This document shows, in pieces, positions 50,953 to 61,081 of a stretch of 64,000 nucleotides of DNA (the first letter of the stretch is position 1; every line of letters starts with the position of its first letter). The notes below the pieces were generated by a model that did not search any database, was not told the DNA's origin, and was given only the letters and a program-made list of their open reading frames with translations. Source of the stretch: Opitutales bacterium (GTDB lineage: Bacteria; Verrucomicrobiota; Verrucomicrobiia; Opitutales; PNEW01); contig CBDANS010000007.1 in assembly GCA_965197745.1 (NCBI GenBank), positions 1,600,001-1,664,000 on the forward strand, in the 5' to 3' direction. The translations under genes and the position numbers were made by a program.

Positions 50953-52377
50953 ATGGTGATTTATTTTATGGGCATCTGTGGGACGGCGATGGGTAACACC
51001 GCTCTGATGTTAAAAAATCTTGGCCACGATGTTTGCGGAGCTGATTCCGGCATTTATCCTCCGATGTCAGATTTACTGGAAAATGCGGGGATATCGATCA
51101 CCGATGGTTTTAATCCCCACCATCTGGAAGCGCTGGATCCTGATTTAGTGGTGGTGGGAAATGCGATCTCCCGAGGTAATCCGGAAATAGAATGGTTACT
51201 CGACAGCAGGCGTTTCCCGTTTACCTCACTGCCCGCGCTTCTTCATGATTTTATCCTTAAGGATCACTTGAATATTGTTGTTACAGGGACCCACGGCAAA
51301 ACGACCACTAGCGCATTAACAGCATTTTTACTCAAGAAGGCCGGTTCCGAACCGGGATATCTAATAGGCGGAGTGCCGCGCGATTTGACCTATGGCGCAC
51401 ATGAAGGAAATAAAAATGGCCCTTTCGTAATTGAGGGAGATGAATACGACAGCGCTCTCTTTGATAAACGCAGTAAATTCATTCATTATTTGCCGACGAT
51501 TCTTATAATCAATAATATTGAATATGACCACAGTGATATTTTCAGAGATCTTTCCGATGTGCAGCGAAGTTTCAGCCATCTCTTGCGCACTGTTCCCTCA
51601 CAGGGGCGCGTTCTGGTCAATGGTGATGACCGTAACATTGCCGCGCTCCTACCTGTCCCCTGGACACGCGTCATCAGGGTAGGTTCAGGCACGGGAAACG
51701 ATTTACGAATTGGAGATTTTCAGGAGACTTCCAAGGGAAGCCGATTTAAACTCTACTGGCATGAAGAACTTTGGGGTGAAATTAACTGGAATCATACAGG
51801 CCTGTTTAATGCACGCAATGCGGCGATGGCGGCATTAGCGGCAGGATTCACCTTATACCCCGAAAATCCCATGCAGTTCACGCTTGGTGAATTCGAAGAC
51901 TTTAAGGGAGTGAAGCGCAGGCAGGAACTCCTCATCGCAAATAAATCAATAATAGTCTTAGAGGATTTTGCCCATCACCCAACGGCTATCGAGCAGACTA
52001 TCGAGTCGCTTCGCCACCGCTATCCTCAGCATAAAATTACCGCTGGTTTTGAGCCTCGCAGTAATACCGCTCGCACCCCTGTTTTTCAGGAAAAATTCGC
52101 GCAATCATTAAGTTTCGCGGATCAGGTAATGATTGGTCCTGTTCATCGGGCTGATAAATTACCCCCTGAAGGACGACTCGATACTGAGCAGCTCGCGCTC
52201 GCTCTGAGCAAAGCAAATGTAATGGCTAAATCGTTTGCCGACAATAAAGAGCTTCTGGAAGTGTTATGGCAAACAACGCTGGAAGGAAACGGACAGGACC
52301 ATGTTATAATATTTTTCACAAATGGCTCATTTGACGGTATCATTCAAACATTTGTTGAGCGGGTAAGCGCGATTTAA
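50953..52377 (+). CDS. mpl: Murein peptide ligase (Mpl, MurC-like)
   Basis: GICGTAMG, GTHGKTTT, EGDEYDSALFDKRSKF, DFAHHPT. Confidence 0.9.
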   Translation: MVIYFMGICGTAMGNTALMLKNLGHDVCGADSGIYPPMSDLLENAGISITDGFNPHHLEALDPDLVVVGNAISRGNPEIEWLLDSRRFPFTSLPALLHDFILKDHLNIVVTGTHGKTTTSALTAFLLKKAGSEPGYLIGGVPRDLTYGAHEGNKNGPFVIEGDEYDSALFDKRSKFIHYLPTILIINNIEYDHSDIFRDLSDVQRSFSHLLRTVPSQGRVLVNGDDRNIAALLPVPWTRVIRVGSGTGNDLRIGDFQETSKGSRFKLYWHEELWGEINWNHTGLFNARNAAMAALAAGFTLYPENPMQFTLGEFEDFKGVKRRQELLIANKSIIVLEDFAHHPTAIEQTIESLRHRYPQHKITAGFEPRSNTARTPVFQEKFAQSLSFADQVMIGPVHRADKLPPEGRLDTEQLALALSKANVMAKSFADNKELLEVLWQTTLEGNGQDHVIIFFTNGSFDGIIQTFVERVSAI

Positions 52378-52388
52378 TGGCGAGGTTA

Positions 52389-53693
52389 TTAAATGTTTTT
52401 AAAGAGAATTCTTGAATTGCGGTTGCTCTCGATCAGGGTTTTAAGACGATCCTCAGGCAAATCTTTTTTTGTCCCTTCGGTAAATCCGCAAACATCATGA
52501 AAGAATGAAAAACTTTGTGTCGTAAGTGCAAAAATCTTATTACGACCTTGATTCGCGGCTTCGAGACATGCGAATTCCACTAACTTTTTACCTACCCCCT
52601 TTCCCTGGTAAAAAGGGAGGACATTGACCGCAGCAAGTTCCACTACATTATTCTCAGGATAATCATTTAAACAAGCGCAAGCTACGATGCTTCCATCAAT
52701 TTCATAGACATAGAAACAATCAATTTCGGCATTAATAGTTTCATAGGATCTTGATTTTAATAGCTCATCTTTGGTCGCAGATTTGGTGATGTTAAAAATG
52801 AACTGAACGTCCTCAGACCGAGCCTTTCTGATTTGCTGATACTCATTGCCATGAATCATGGTCCCGATTCCGACGCTTGAGAAAATTTCTGTGAGCAGGC
52901 CGTCGTATAAGCGTCCATCAATTAGATGCGCGCGAGGAACTCCTCCTTCTATAGCCTTCATCGATTGATAGGTTTTGCTTCGCACTTTTTCTTCGATAGA
53001 AGTCTTATTGGTATCAAATATATTTTGTATCTCCTTGAGGGTAATATTACGGATAAATTGGCTATTGATACTAAGCCCGGAATTTAAGCTTATATAAATG
53101 AGTTTTGATGCCTCAAGGCTGATTGCTAATTCAGAAGCCAGCAAATCTGAGTTTATTCGTAATGTTTCCCCAATACGGCTGAAAGCGAGGGGCGATATTA
53201 CAGGCAGGACGCCTTTTTGCAGCTGATTTCTGATGAAATCCACGTCTATTCTGTCCACTTTTCCGCGGTTGATTTGATCAATACCTCCAATAATACCTAC
53301 TTCAGTGGCGCGTACTGCATTGCTGAGTGAACATTTAATGCCATTTTTACTAAGCCCCTGCATTAAACTATGGCTGACCTGCGCCGCGGATTTAACCGCC
53401 AACGCGAGTGTCTTATCATCTATTATTCCCTCACCGTAAGCATCGGAAATAGCCACCTTTTCATTTTCCCCTGATTGCCTGAGCTGTTTGCCTATACCAA
53501 AGACGATGGCAATCTGAATGTTAAGGCTGCGTAAAACAGCGATATCGAGCAGGAGATTTGAAAAATTGTTGTCGTCGATAACACTGCCATCTATGGCAAT
53601 GACAAAAACATGATCACGGAAAAGCGGTACATATTTAAGTATACCTCTTAAATCGACCGGTTTAATTTCCGCGATTCTATCGTCTTTTTTCAT
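52389..53693 (-). CDS. argA: N-acetylglutamate synthase
   Basis: AAK domain (VFVIAIDG, ELAISLEASKL, LLTEIFS..GIGTM) plus C-terminal GNAT; ATG at 53693. Confidence 0.9.
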   Translation of the reverse strand: MKKDDRIAEIKPVDLRGILKYVPLFRDHVFVIAIDGSVIDDNNFSNLLLDIAVLRSLNIQIAIVFGIGKQLRQSGENEKVAISDAYGEGIIDDKTLALAVKSAAQVSHSLMQGLSKNGIKCSLSNAVRATEVGIIGGIDQINRGKVDRIDVDFIRNQLQKGVLPVISPLAFSRIGETLRINSDLLASELAISLEASKLIYISLNSGLSINSQFIRNITLKEIQNIFDTNKTSIEEKVRSKTYQSMKAIEGGVPRAHLIDGRLYDGLLTEIFSSVGIGTMIHGNEYQQIRKARSEDVQFIFNITKSATKDELLKSRSYETINAEIDCFYVYEIDGSIVACACLNDYPENNVVELAAVNVLPFYQGKGVGKKLVEFACLEAANQGRNKIFALTTQSFSFFHDVCGFTEGTKKDLPEDRLKTLIESNRNSRILFKNI

Positions 53694-53850
53694 TGTTCCT
53701 CTTAAGTCACTCGCTAATGACTCTTTTCTATATCTACTCGTGGTGATAGATGCCTGAATGCGACGTGCTCTGGTAAATGTCGGGTTGTGCAAGTATGAGC
53801 CGGAAATCCATGCCGCCACCACAACCTGCTGAATTTAAAAGTAAATCCGA

Positions 53851-54246
53851 TCAGTTCGGCTCTTCGTCTTCTCCGAGAGGCTCTTCGAAGCACCATAAAG
53901 GATTAGTCCCGGGACGTGAATATTTCTCGGTGATAAGCTCCAGTCGCTGTGCTAAATCACGCATAAGGCGCCATGTAAGGTGGGGGCGAGTGCGTATAAT
54001 TTCTTCAATGCCCTGAGAGAGATGCACAACCTTACATTCTGTTTCAGCTTTGACATTGCAGCTTCGAGCTTTTCCCAGGATATCGCTCATTTCCCCAAAA
54101 ATAGTGCCGGGCTTACTTATGCTTGCGACAATTTTATTACCCTTAAGGACATTGAGAGTCCCGGAGCGAAGGATAAAAAACCCTTTTCCGTCTTCACCCT
54201 CTTCAATGATTAAATCTCCTGGATTATAGACAATTATATCACTCAT
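53851..54246 (-). CDS. Stand-alone cyclic nucleotide-binding domain protein
   Basis: IIEEGEDG..FFILRSG, FGEMS..RSCNVKA. Confidence 0.85.
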   Translation of the reverse strand: MSDIIVYNPGDLIIEEGEDGKGFFILRSGTLNVLKGNKIVASISKPGTIFGEMSDILGKARSCNVKAETECKVVHLSQGIEEIIRTRPHLTWRLMRDLAQRLELITEKYSRPGTNPLWCFEEPLGEDEEPN

Positions 54247-54335
54247 GAGATCGTATTAAATTGCATTTTGCTTTTGCTTTCAAGCATTCTATTTAAAGAC
54301 AGATTTTATGAATTTGATTTTGATAGTAAATATAA

Positions 54336-55274
54336 ATTGAGAGAAAAAAAACTATTAATAACGCTTCGGGACTAGAAGATAAAATTCAGGCATTTCTCGC
54401 TTATCTCGAATTGGAGAAAGGAATGTCTGCCCATACCGCAGAAGGTTATTTCCGCGACCTGCGGCAGTGCATGGATTTTCTTCTAAGCTTAAAAATTGAG
54501 AACTGGCTGGAAGTCCGAGGGGAGCATATTTCATTATGGATCAGTTCGCTTTCGCGAAAAAAGTATGCGGTTGCCAGCATAGCGCGTAAATTAACCTCGG
54601 TTCGCATGATGGCGCGTTATCTGGTAAAAGAAGGTTATCGTCAGGATGATTTTACAGCGCTTATTTCAGGCCCCAAAATTACACGCAGACTCCCGGTGAC
54701 GCTAACTTTGGAAGAAATAAAAAAACTCTTTCAGGCGCCTGACACTAAAACACCTCAAGGGTTGAGAGATTGCGCAATATTGGAATTGCTTTACAGCAGT
54801 GGATTGCGTGTATCCGAGTTATCCGCATTGGCTTTACATGAAATAGATTTAGAAAATGATTTTCTAAGGGTAACCGCGGGAAAAGGTGATAAACAACGTG
54901 TCGTTCCCATTGGAAGCAAAGCAAAAGAAGCTGTCGATCGCTATATCAATTCAGCGCGGTCAAAATTGGTCAAAGCCAAAACCGGCAGCGCTCTTTTTCT
55001 AAGTAATCGCGGTCAACCTATTTCACGCAAAACTGTCTGGTTGCTGCTGAAAAATTACGCGATAAAAGCGGGGATTGAAAAGCCGATGAAACCTCATATT
55101 CTACGCCACTCTTTTGCCACCCATTTACTCAGCGGGGGCGCTGACTTACGAGCGATACAGGAAATGCTCGGGCATGCTGACATCGCCACTACTCAAATAT
55201 ATACGGCGGTGGAAAAAGAGCGCCTTATAGAGGGGCATGGAAATTTTCATCCCCGCGAAGATCAAACACTCTAG
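54336..55274 (+). CDS. xerD: Site-specific tyrosine recombinase XerD (start uncertain)
   Basis: LRDCAILELLYSSGLRVSEL, GKGDKQRVVP, PHILRHSFATHLL, MLGHADIATTQIYT; frame open from 54336. Confidence 0.88.
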   Translation: MERKKTINNASGLEDKIQAFLAYLELEKGMSAHTAEGYFRDLRQCMDFLLSLKIENWLEVRGEHISLWISSLSRKKYAVASIARKLTSVRMMARYLVKEGYRQDDFTALISGPKITRRLPVTLTLEEIKKLFQAPDTKTPQGLRDCAILELLYSSGLRVSELSALALHEIDLENDFLRVTAGKGDKQRVVPIGSKAKEAVDRYINSARSKLVKAKTGSALFLSNRGQPISRKTVWLLLKNYAIKAGIEKPMKPHILRHSFATHLLSGGADLRAIQEMLGHADIATTQIYTAVEKERLIEGHGNFHPREDQTL

Positions 55275-55307
55275 GCGGTATGTTTTCCAGGGCCTGGCCT
55301 GGAATTG

Positions 55308-55973
55308 CTAAAGATTGGCGTCATACTTTCTGCTGAGAAAGCTTATTACAAATACCACGCATACTGAAATACTCATTATTATTACCGATAAAAAGAATAC
55401 CTGTTTAATATCACCTGATTCCACCGCGAAAAATATAGCAATGGGGATGGTCTGCGTTTTGCCGGGAATATTACCCGCAATCATAAGCGTTGCCCCGAAC
55501 TCGCCGAGCGCTCGCATAAAACTCAGTATTATCGCGGCGGTAATACTCGCCCAGCATAATGGCACCATTACTTTCCAAATAATCCGCCATTCACTGTATC
55601 CGAAAATCCGTGCGGCGTCGAGCAGACTGGGTTCGATTTGCAAGAAAGCGGCACGTATCGTTTGATACATTAAAGGAAATGTAACTACGGTGGCGGCAAT
55701 CACCGCAGCAGGCCAGGAAAAGATTATAGATACCCCGATCGAAGAGAGGATCTCGCCAATGGGTGACTGTCTTCCAAAAATAATTAAAAGTAATAGCCCT
55801 ATTACGGTTGGAGGGAGGGCGAGGGGAAACATAAGGACACCATCGAGGATATCCAGACCCCGATGTTTATAACGCAAACGCCATCGAGCCGCAAGCACCC
55901 CTAAGACAAAGGTTATAGCGGTGGCCGTCGTTGCCGTTTTTAAAGATAACCACAAAGGGGTGAGGTCTATCAT
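55308..55973 (-). CDS. modB: Molybdate ABC transporter permease
   Basis: PLALPPTVIG, RALGEFGATLMIAGNIPGKTQT. Confidence 0.93.
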   Translation of the reverse strand: MIDLTPLWLSLKTATTATAITFVLGVLAARWRLRYKHRGLDILDGVLMFPLALPPTVIGLLLLIIFGRQSPIGEILSSIGVSIIFSWPAAVIAATVVTFPLMYQTIRAAFLQIEPSLLDAARIFGYSEWRIIWKVMVPLCWASITAAIILSFMRALGEFGATLMIAGNIPGKTQTIPIAIFFAVESGDIKQVFFLSVIIMSISVCVVFVISFLSRKYDANL

Positions 55974-56005
55974 GGTTGGGATGCTTACCCATTAAATGTT
56001 AGGGG

Positions 56006-56776
56006 TCAATCCTCCACCAGAAGGAAATCATAATGATGAAAGATCTCTTTCGCTTTATCACTTTCAAGGAAAAGCAAAAAAGCATTGGCTAACTCCGGGT
56101 GGGTGGTATTTCGGATGATCGCACCGGAGTATTTTATAGGGCGATGTGCAGATGCAGGAACTAAGGCTGCGATTCTTATATTCTTTGCCTGCTCTGCATC
56201 CGTTTTATAAACAATTCCTGCTTCGACATTTTCACTTTCCACATAGGCGACTGTCTGCAAAGCATTTTTGGCAAAGACCAGTTTGGGGTGGAGTTTTTCA
56301 AGCAACCCCATGGAGTGGAGAATATCCTCCGCATAGCGGCCTATGGGAACGGTTTTAAATTCTCCAACGGCAATCCGTTTAACACCTGGTTTCAGCAAAT
56401 CAGTGATGTCATTTAAGCTTTCATTCCTTTTATGTGTAATAAGAACAACTTTATTTGAAAGAATGTATCTATGAGAATTTCTATCGATAATATTCTCATT
56501 CAGCAATAGATCCATATGCTCACTGGCAGCTGAGAGAAAAATATCGACAGGAGCCCCATTTTGAATCTGATGACAGAGCGAACCTGAGCTTCCAAAGTTG
56601 AAGAATAAGTCGATGGCAGGATGGGTATTTTTAAAATGAGAGGAAATTTCAAGGAGGGGAGGGCGAAGGCTAATCGCGGTTGAGACCGTAATCGCTTCTC
56701 TTTTAGCGCATGCAGTGAAACCTGCGACAACGACAAGCAAGGCCAGACAAACAATAAATCCTGAATCAGATTTCAA
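56006..56776 (-). CDS. modA: Molybdate ABC transporter substrate-binding protein
   Basis: Lipoprotein-like signal, FGSSGSL..QIQNGAPVDIFLSA, VPIGRYA, GIVYKTDA. Confidence 0.92.
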   Translation of the reverse strand: MKSDSGFIVCLALLVVVAGFTACAKREAITVSTAISLRPPLLEISSHFKNTHPAIDLFFNFGSSGSLCHQIQNGAPVDIFLSAASEHMDLLLNENIIDRNSHRYILSNKVVLITHKRNESLNDITDLLKPGVKRIAVGEFKTVPIGRYAEDILHSMGLLEKLHPKLVFAKNALQTVAYVESENVEAGIVYKTDAEQAKNIRIAALVPASAHRPIKYSGAIIRNTTHPELANAFLLFLESDKAKEIFHHYDFLLVED

Positions 56777-57017
56777 TTTCTAATATTGTGGGAAGAAAGA
56801 GATATTAATAAGGGGTGATCGTATGCCTCTATAGTTAATAAGGATAATGCATTAAAGACCAACTTAAATGAGCCAAGTCTAAAATCAAATAAATGAAGCC
56901 GGAACAATTTTATTACTTGAAGGTGTGTTAGTTTAATATAAAGCCTTTTAAATCCAGAAGAAGTTTATAATCATTAAACGCTTAAGTTAAACTCAACCGT
57001 TGATCTGACAATTAGCA

Positions 57018-57797
57018 ATGGAAATCATTTTTATGGGAACGGGTACTTCCCAGGGAGTCCCCATGATCGCTCATGACCATGACGGAATTGATCTCGATAA
57101 TCCAAAAAACTGGAGGTCGAGAAGCAGTATTCACGTTATTATGGATGGGTGTCATATTCAAATAGACGCTGCCCAGGAATTCAGAATGCAATGTATTAAA
57201 AACAATATACGGGAGATTAACCTGTTCATCCTCACTCATAGCCATGCTGATCATATATTAGGGATGGATGATCTGCGACGCTTTTGCGATTTACTCGGTG
57301 GCAATTCAATTCCGGTATACAGTACCTCAATGGGTCTCGAGCGAGTGCGGGAAATCTATCCTTATGCGATTCGGAGTAAACCTGAGTTTCGTGGTTATCC
57401 GGCCTTTAATTTAATGGAAATGCCATCTGTGTTGGAACTGGACGCGGGGCGAGTATATTCCACATCTCTACCTCACGGTCGGATGGAAGTTCTGGGACTG
57501 TTGTTTGAAGAACGCAGCAGTGGTAAAAAAGTCGCTTACTATACAGATTGCAAAGAAGTTGGCGTGGAGCAGCGCAATCTAGCTCGTGGAGCCGATGTTG
57601 TTATTCTGGATGCACTCCGACCCGATCCTCATCCCACCCATATGTCAATTGATGAAGCCCTGGAAACAGCTCAAGATATTGGCGCTCCACATACTTATTT
57701 TACACACATGACATTTATGGTGGACCACGAGACCTACAACAGCAAATTCCCCGACAAGATTTCTCTTGCCTACGACGGATTGAGGATAGCTTTATAA
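57018..57797 (+). CDS. MBL-fold metallohydrolase (PhnP-like)
   Basis: GTGTSQGVP, THSHADH, YYTDC, LAYDGL. Confidence 0.9.
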   Translation: MEIIFMGTGTSQGVPMIAHDHDGIDLDNPKNWRSRSSIHVIMDGCHIQIDAAQEFRMQCIKNNIREINLFILTHSHADHILGMDDLRRFCDLLGGNSIPVYSTSMGLERVREIYPYAIRSKPEFRGYPAFNLMEMPSVLELDAGRVYSTSLPHGRMEVLGLLFEERSSGKKVAYYTDCKEVGVEQRNLARGADVVILDALRPDPHPTHMSIDEALETAQDIGAPHTYFTHMTFMVDHETYNSKFPDKISLAYDGLRIAL

Positions 57798-57850
57798 ATC
57801 CAGTATTTTAGAAAATGTAGCGACAGTCGGAAAGGAGTGATTCCCGCAAT

Positions 57851-58849
57851 TTACGCTTCTTTTCGATCGCTCTTTTTTGCGGGAATTAATTCCTCGAATT
57901 CTCCCATTGCGCGATACTTTTGATAGCGGGATTCAAGCAAATCTTTAACAGATTTGGTTTTAAGTTCTTTAAGATGACGAAGCATCGCATTTTTCACATA
58001 TTCAGCCGCTAATTCGTGATCGCAATGGGCTCCCCCATAGGGTTCTTCAATAATTTCGTCAGCAATACCGAGTTTTATCAGTTCCTTTGAGTTTAATTTA
58101 AGCGCTTCAGCGGCTTTAACCGTATGTTCTCGGTTGCGCCAGAGTATGGCCGCACAAGCCTCTGGAGGGCTTACTGAGTAATAGGCATATTGCATGATCA
58201 GAATACGGTCCGATACTCCGATTCCCAACGCTCCTCCGGAGCTGCCTTCACCGAGAACAATGGAAATAAAAGGGACCGGCAATCGGCTCATTTCCCGTAA
58301 ATTAACGGCGATAGCCTCCGCGACATGGCGCTCTTCAGACCCCACGCCGGCATAGGCTGCCTTGGTATCAATGAAAGCGAAAATCGGCATTTTAAATTTT
58401 ACGGCCATCTTCATTAAGCGTAATGCTTTGCGGTAACCTTCCGGTAGAGGCATTCCAAAATTACGCGCAATATTCTCTTTGGTATCACGCCCTTTTTGCT
58501 GGGCGATAATCATTACCGGTTTACCTTCAAAAAAAGCAGTGCCACCAATTAATGCTTTATCATCACCAAAACGTCTATCGCCATGTAATTCCTGGAAATC
58601 AGTAAATATGGTGTTTATATAATTAAGAGCATAAGGGCGTTTGGGGTGTCGCGCAAGTTGGATGATTTGCCAGGAGGTCAAGTTTGAATAAATCTCAAGC
58701 TTTGTGGCTTCGATCTTTTTTTCTATGGCTTCAGTTTCACCCGATAAATCAAGGTTGCTGGCCATTGAATTTCTTCTGAGTTCATCGAGTTGTTTCTCCA
58801 AGTCACGGAGTGGCTTTTCGAATTCTAGCATAAATTGGGAGTTTTCCAT
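57851..58849 (-). CDS. accA: Acetyl-CoA carboxylase carboxyltransferase alpha
   Basis: LEFEKP, ARHPKRP, ELHGDR, PEGYRKA, GEGSSGGALG. Confidence 0.96.
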   Translation of the reverse strand: MENSQFMLEFEKPLRDLEKQLDELRRNSMASNLDLSGETEAIEKKIEATKLEIYSNLTSWQIIQLARHPKRPYALNYINTIFTDFQELHGDRRFGDDKALIGGTAFFEGKPVMIIAQQKGRDTKENIARNFGMPLPEGYRKALRLMKMAVKFKMPIFAFIDTKAAYAGVGSEERHVAEAIAVNLREMSRLPVPFISIVLGEGSSGGALGIGVSDRILIMQYAYYSVSPPEACAAILWRNREHTVKAAEALKLNSKELIKLGIADEIIEEPYGGAHCDHELAAEYVKNAMLRHLKELKTKSVKDLLESRYQKYRAMGEFEELIPAKKSDRKEA

Positions 58850-58940
58850 AAAAGGGGATGATTGATACTTTAATTTGAAATAAATACCCGTAATTGCACG
58901 GGAAAATTAAAGGATAAAAAATATAACTTTAATATTTAAA

Positions 58941-59288
58941 TTAATCTTTACGAGAAGATTTTAATTCGTCTTTCCAACTCAGCTGACGCGCCTGTGCCCC
59001 GAATTTCTCCGCCGTGGATTTATCACCACGCTCCATCCATATCCTTGAGAGACTGGTATTAATGTGAATATCGTCGGGACATAGAGCGTAAGCTTTTTCG
59101 GCGGCATCCAGCGCCTGATCAAGATTTTTTTCCGAAAAATAAACTTCAGTTAAAGCGTGCCAGGCGGCAAAACAATCAGGCTCAGCTTGGATCGCTTCTT
59201 CAAGTTTTTTAATCGCTTTCTCATTTTCGCCCAAGGTGTAATCGAGGGTAGCGTCTTCTACGAGTATTTGCACATCATCGTGACTCAT
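58941..59288 (-). CDS. TPR-repeat protein
   Basis: Helical TPR pattern (AIKKLEEAI..P..AWHAL..Y). Confidence 0.75.
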   Translation of the reverse strand: MSHDDVQILVEDATLDYTLGENEKAIKKLEEAIQAEPDCFAAWHALTEVYFSEKNLDQALDAAEKAYALCPDDIHINTSLSRIWMERGDKSTAEKFGAQARQLSWKDELKSSRKD

Positions 59289-59559
59289 ACTGGATATTAT
59301 ATTTTATAATGAGTTATTCGATAAGAGTTGACGAAAAAAATAATAAGATTGAACTTCGAATTTTAAAGGTGAATTTATTTAGACTTAAGACGAATCTTTC
59401 TTCAATAGTTATCCTCAAGATCAGGTTAATAGCAACTAATACTGAGTATTTATTATGATACTTTTTATGAGCGTTATATCAATTATTTTATACATCTAAA
59501 ATAGCTGAACACACATAAATGGAGGCAAATCATAACTTAAAATATTTAATATTCAATAT

Positions 59560-60072
59560 ATGGGAAAAAATAATACAAAGAAACAGTATATAATTCGCAA
59601 ATCTTCTATTCACAATAAAGGGGCGTTTGCCATCGAAGAGATTGAAAAAGGGACGCGAATTATTGAATACGTAGGAGATAAGGTCACGAAGGCCGAATCT
59701 GAAAAGCGTAGCATTAAAATGATCAATAAAGCAGAACGAACGGGTGGAGGCGCGGTCTATATTTTTGAATTAACAAAACGCCACGATATAGATGGGAGTA
59801 TCCCCCGGAATATCGCTCGTTTTGTTAACCATTCCTGCAAACCCAATTGCGAGACAGATATTATTCGGGGTCATATTTGGATTATAGCAAAGAGAAATAT
59901 TAAGAAGGGAGAAGAGCTTTCCTATGACTACGGCTATGACATAGACAATTTTCGTGATCATCCATGCCATTGTGGCAACGACAACTGTGTCGGGTACATA
60001 GTGGACAGAGAGCAGTGGCCAAAATTAAAACGTATTCTTAAGAAAGAATCGAAGAGTAAAAATAAAAAGTAA
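59560..60072 (+). CDS. SET domain lysine methyltransferase with post-SET Cys motif
   Basis: SSIHNKGAFA, IIEYVG, ARFVNHSCKPNC, EELSYDYG, CHCGNDNC. Confidence 0.92.
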   Translation: MGKNNTKKQYIIRKSSIHNKGAFAIEEIEKGTRIIEYVGDKVTKAESEKRSIKMINKAERTGGGAVYIFELTKRHDIDGSIPRNIARFVNHSCKPNCETDIIRGHIWIIAKRNIKKGEELSYDYGYDIDNFRDHPCHCGNDNCVGYIVDREQWPKLKRILKKESKSKNKK

Positions 60073-60153
60073 AGAGGTGAACCGAGCTTGGAACATCCGG
60101 TTTTTTGATGAACGATTTCTGGGAAAGTGCAATCCCGAGGCCTTGATGCATAG

Positions 60154-60909
60154 ATGAAAATTATTTCATGGAACGTAAACGGGATTCGTGCCGCTCTGAA
60201 AAAAGGGTTGCTCGATTTTTTTAAAAAATCGAATCCTGATATAATCTGTCTCCAGGAAATAAAAGCAGCGCCAGACCAGGTAGATATAAAATTAAAATCC
60301 GAATTTAAGCAATATTGGAACCCGGCAGAGAAAAAAGGTTACTCGGGAACAGCCGTTTTCAGTAAAATTATCCCCGAGGAGATTAGATACGGGATTGGTG
60401 TTAAAGAGGGTGATAGTGAGGGGCGAGTCACAACTTTAAGCTTTCAGGATTATTTTCTGGTGAACGTCTATACCCCTAATGCCAAGAATGATCTATCCCG
60501 ATTGAAGTTCCGGGAAAAAACCTGGGACCCTTCATTTTTAAAATATCTCAAAAAGCTTGAGAAGAAAAAACCTGTGGTATTTTGCGGGGATTTGAATGTT
60601 GCCCACCAGGAAATCGATCTCGCTAACCCAAAAAGCAACCGGCATAACGCTGGATTTACCGCGGAAGAACGGAAAGGGTTTGAGAATATAATCAAGGCAG
60701 GATTTATAGATACTTTTCGTGAATTTGAGACTGGTCCAAACCATTACACCTGGTGGTCATATCGGACTAATGCGCGCGATCGCAATATCGGATGGCGGAT
60801 TGATTATTTTGGTATATCTCCCCATTTAAAACCTCGATTGAAAAAAGCTTATATTATGCCAGAGGTCCTGGGATCAGATCATTGCCCTGTTGGAATAATT
60901 CTGAAATAA
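60154..60909 (+). CDS. xth: Exodeoxyribonuclease III / AP endonuclease
   Basis: SWNVNG, CLQE, GDLNVAH, GWRIDY, SDHCP. Confidence 0.95.
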   Translation: MKIISWNVNGIRAALKKGLLDFFKKSNPDIICLQEIKAAPDQVDIKLKSEFKQYWNPAEKKGYSGTAVFSKIIPEEIRYGIGVKEGDSEGRVTTLSFQDYFLVNVYTPNAKNDLSRLKFREKTWDPSFLKYLKKLEKKKPVVFCGDLNVAHQEIDLANPKSNRHNAGFTAEERKGFENIIKAGFIDTFREFETGPNHYTWWSYRTNARDRNIGWRIDYFGISPHLKPRLKKAYIMPEVLGSDHCPVGIILK

Positions 60910-61081
60910 GGGCTATGGTGTGCAAAGGCTGAAATATAGGGGTATTCTCTATAATGCTGAGGGTAACTTTTAAGGTATAGAAAACCTTATAAGTGAAGAT
61001 GGAAATATGCTTCAACATTTATTAATCTTTATTTAATCATATATAATTGACCGCTCCCCCAATACTCCCCACTTTTCGGGT

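Noticed and set aside
53694..53822. 43-aa N-terminal extension of ArgA
   Set aside because: ATG 53693 has an AGAGG RBS and the extension has no recognisable domain character.
14576..60744. Many short antisense/overlapping ORFs in the track
   Set aside because: They overlap well-supported genes and show no recognisable motifs.
60915..60925. TGGTGTGC as a duplicated tRNA 3' end (attL)
   Set aside because: Too short, with no T-arm sequence adjacent.
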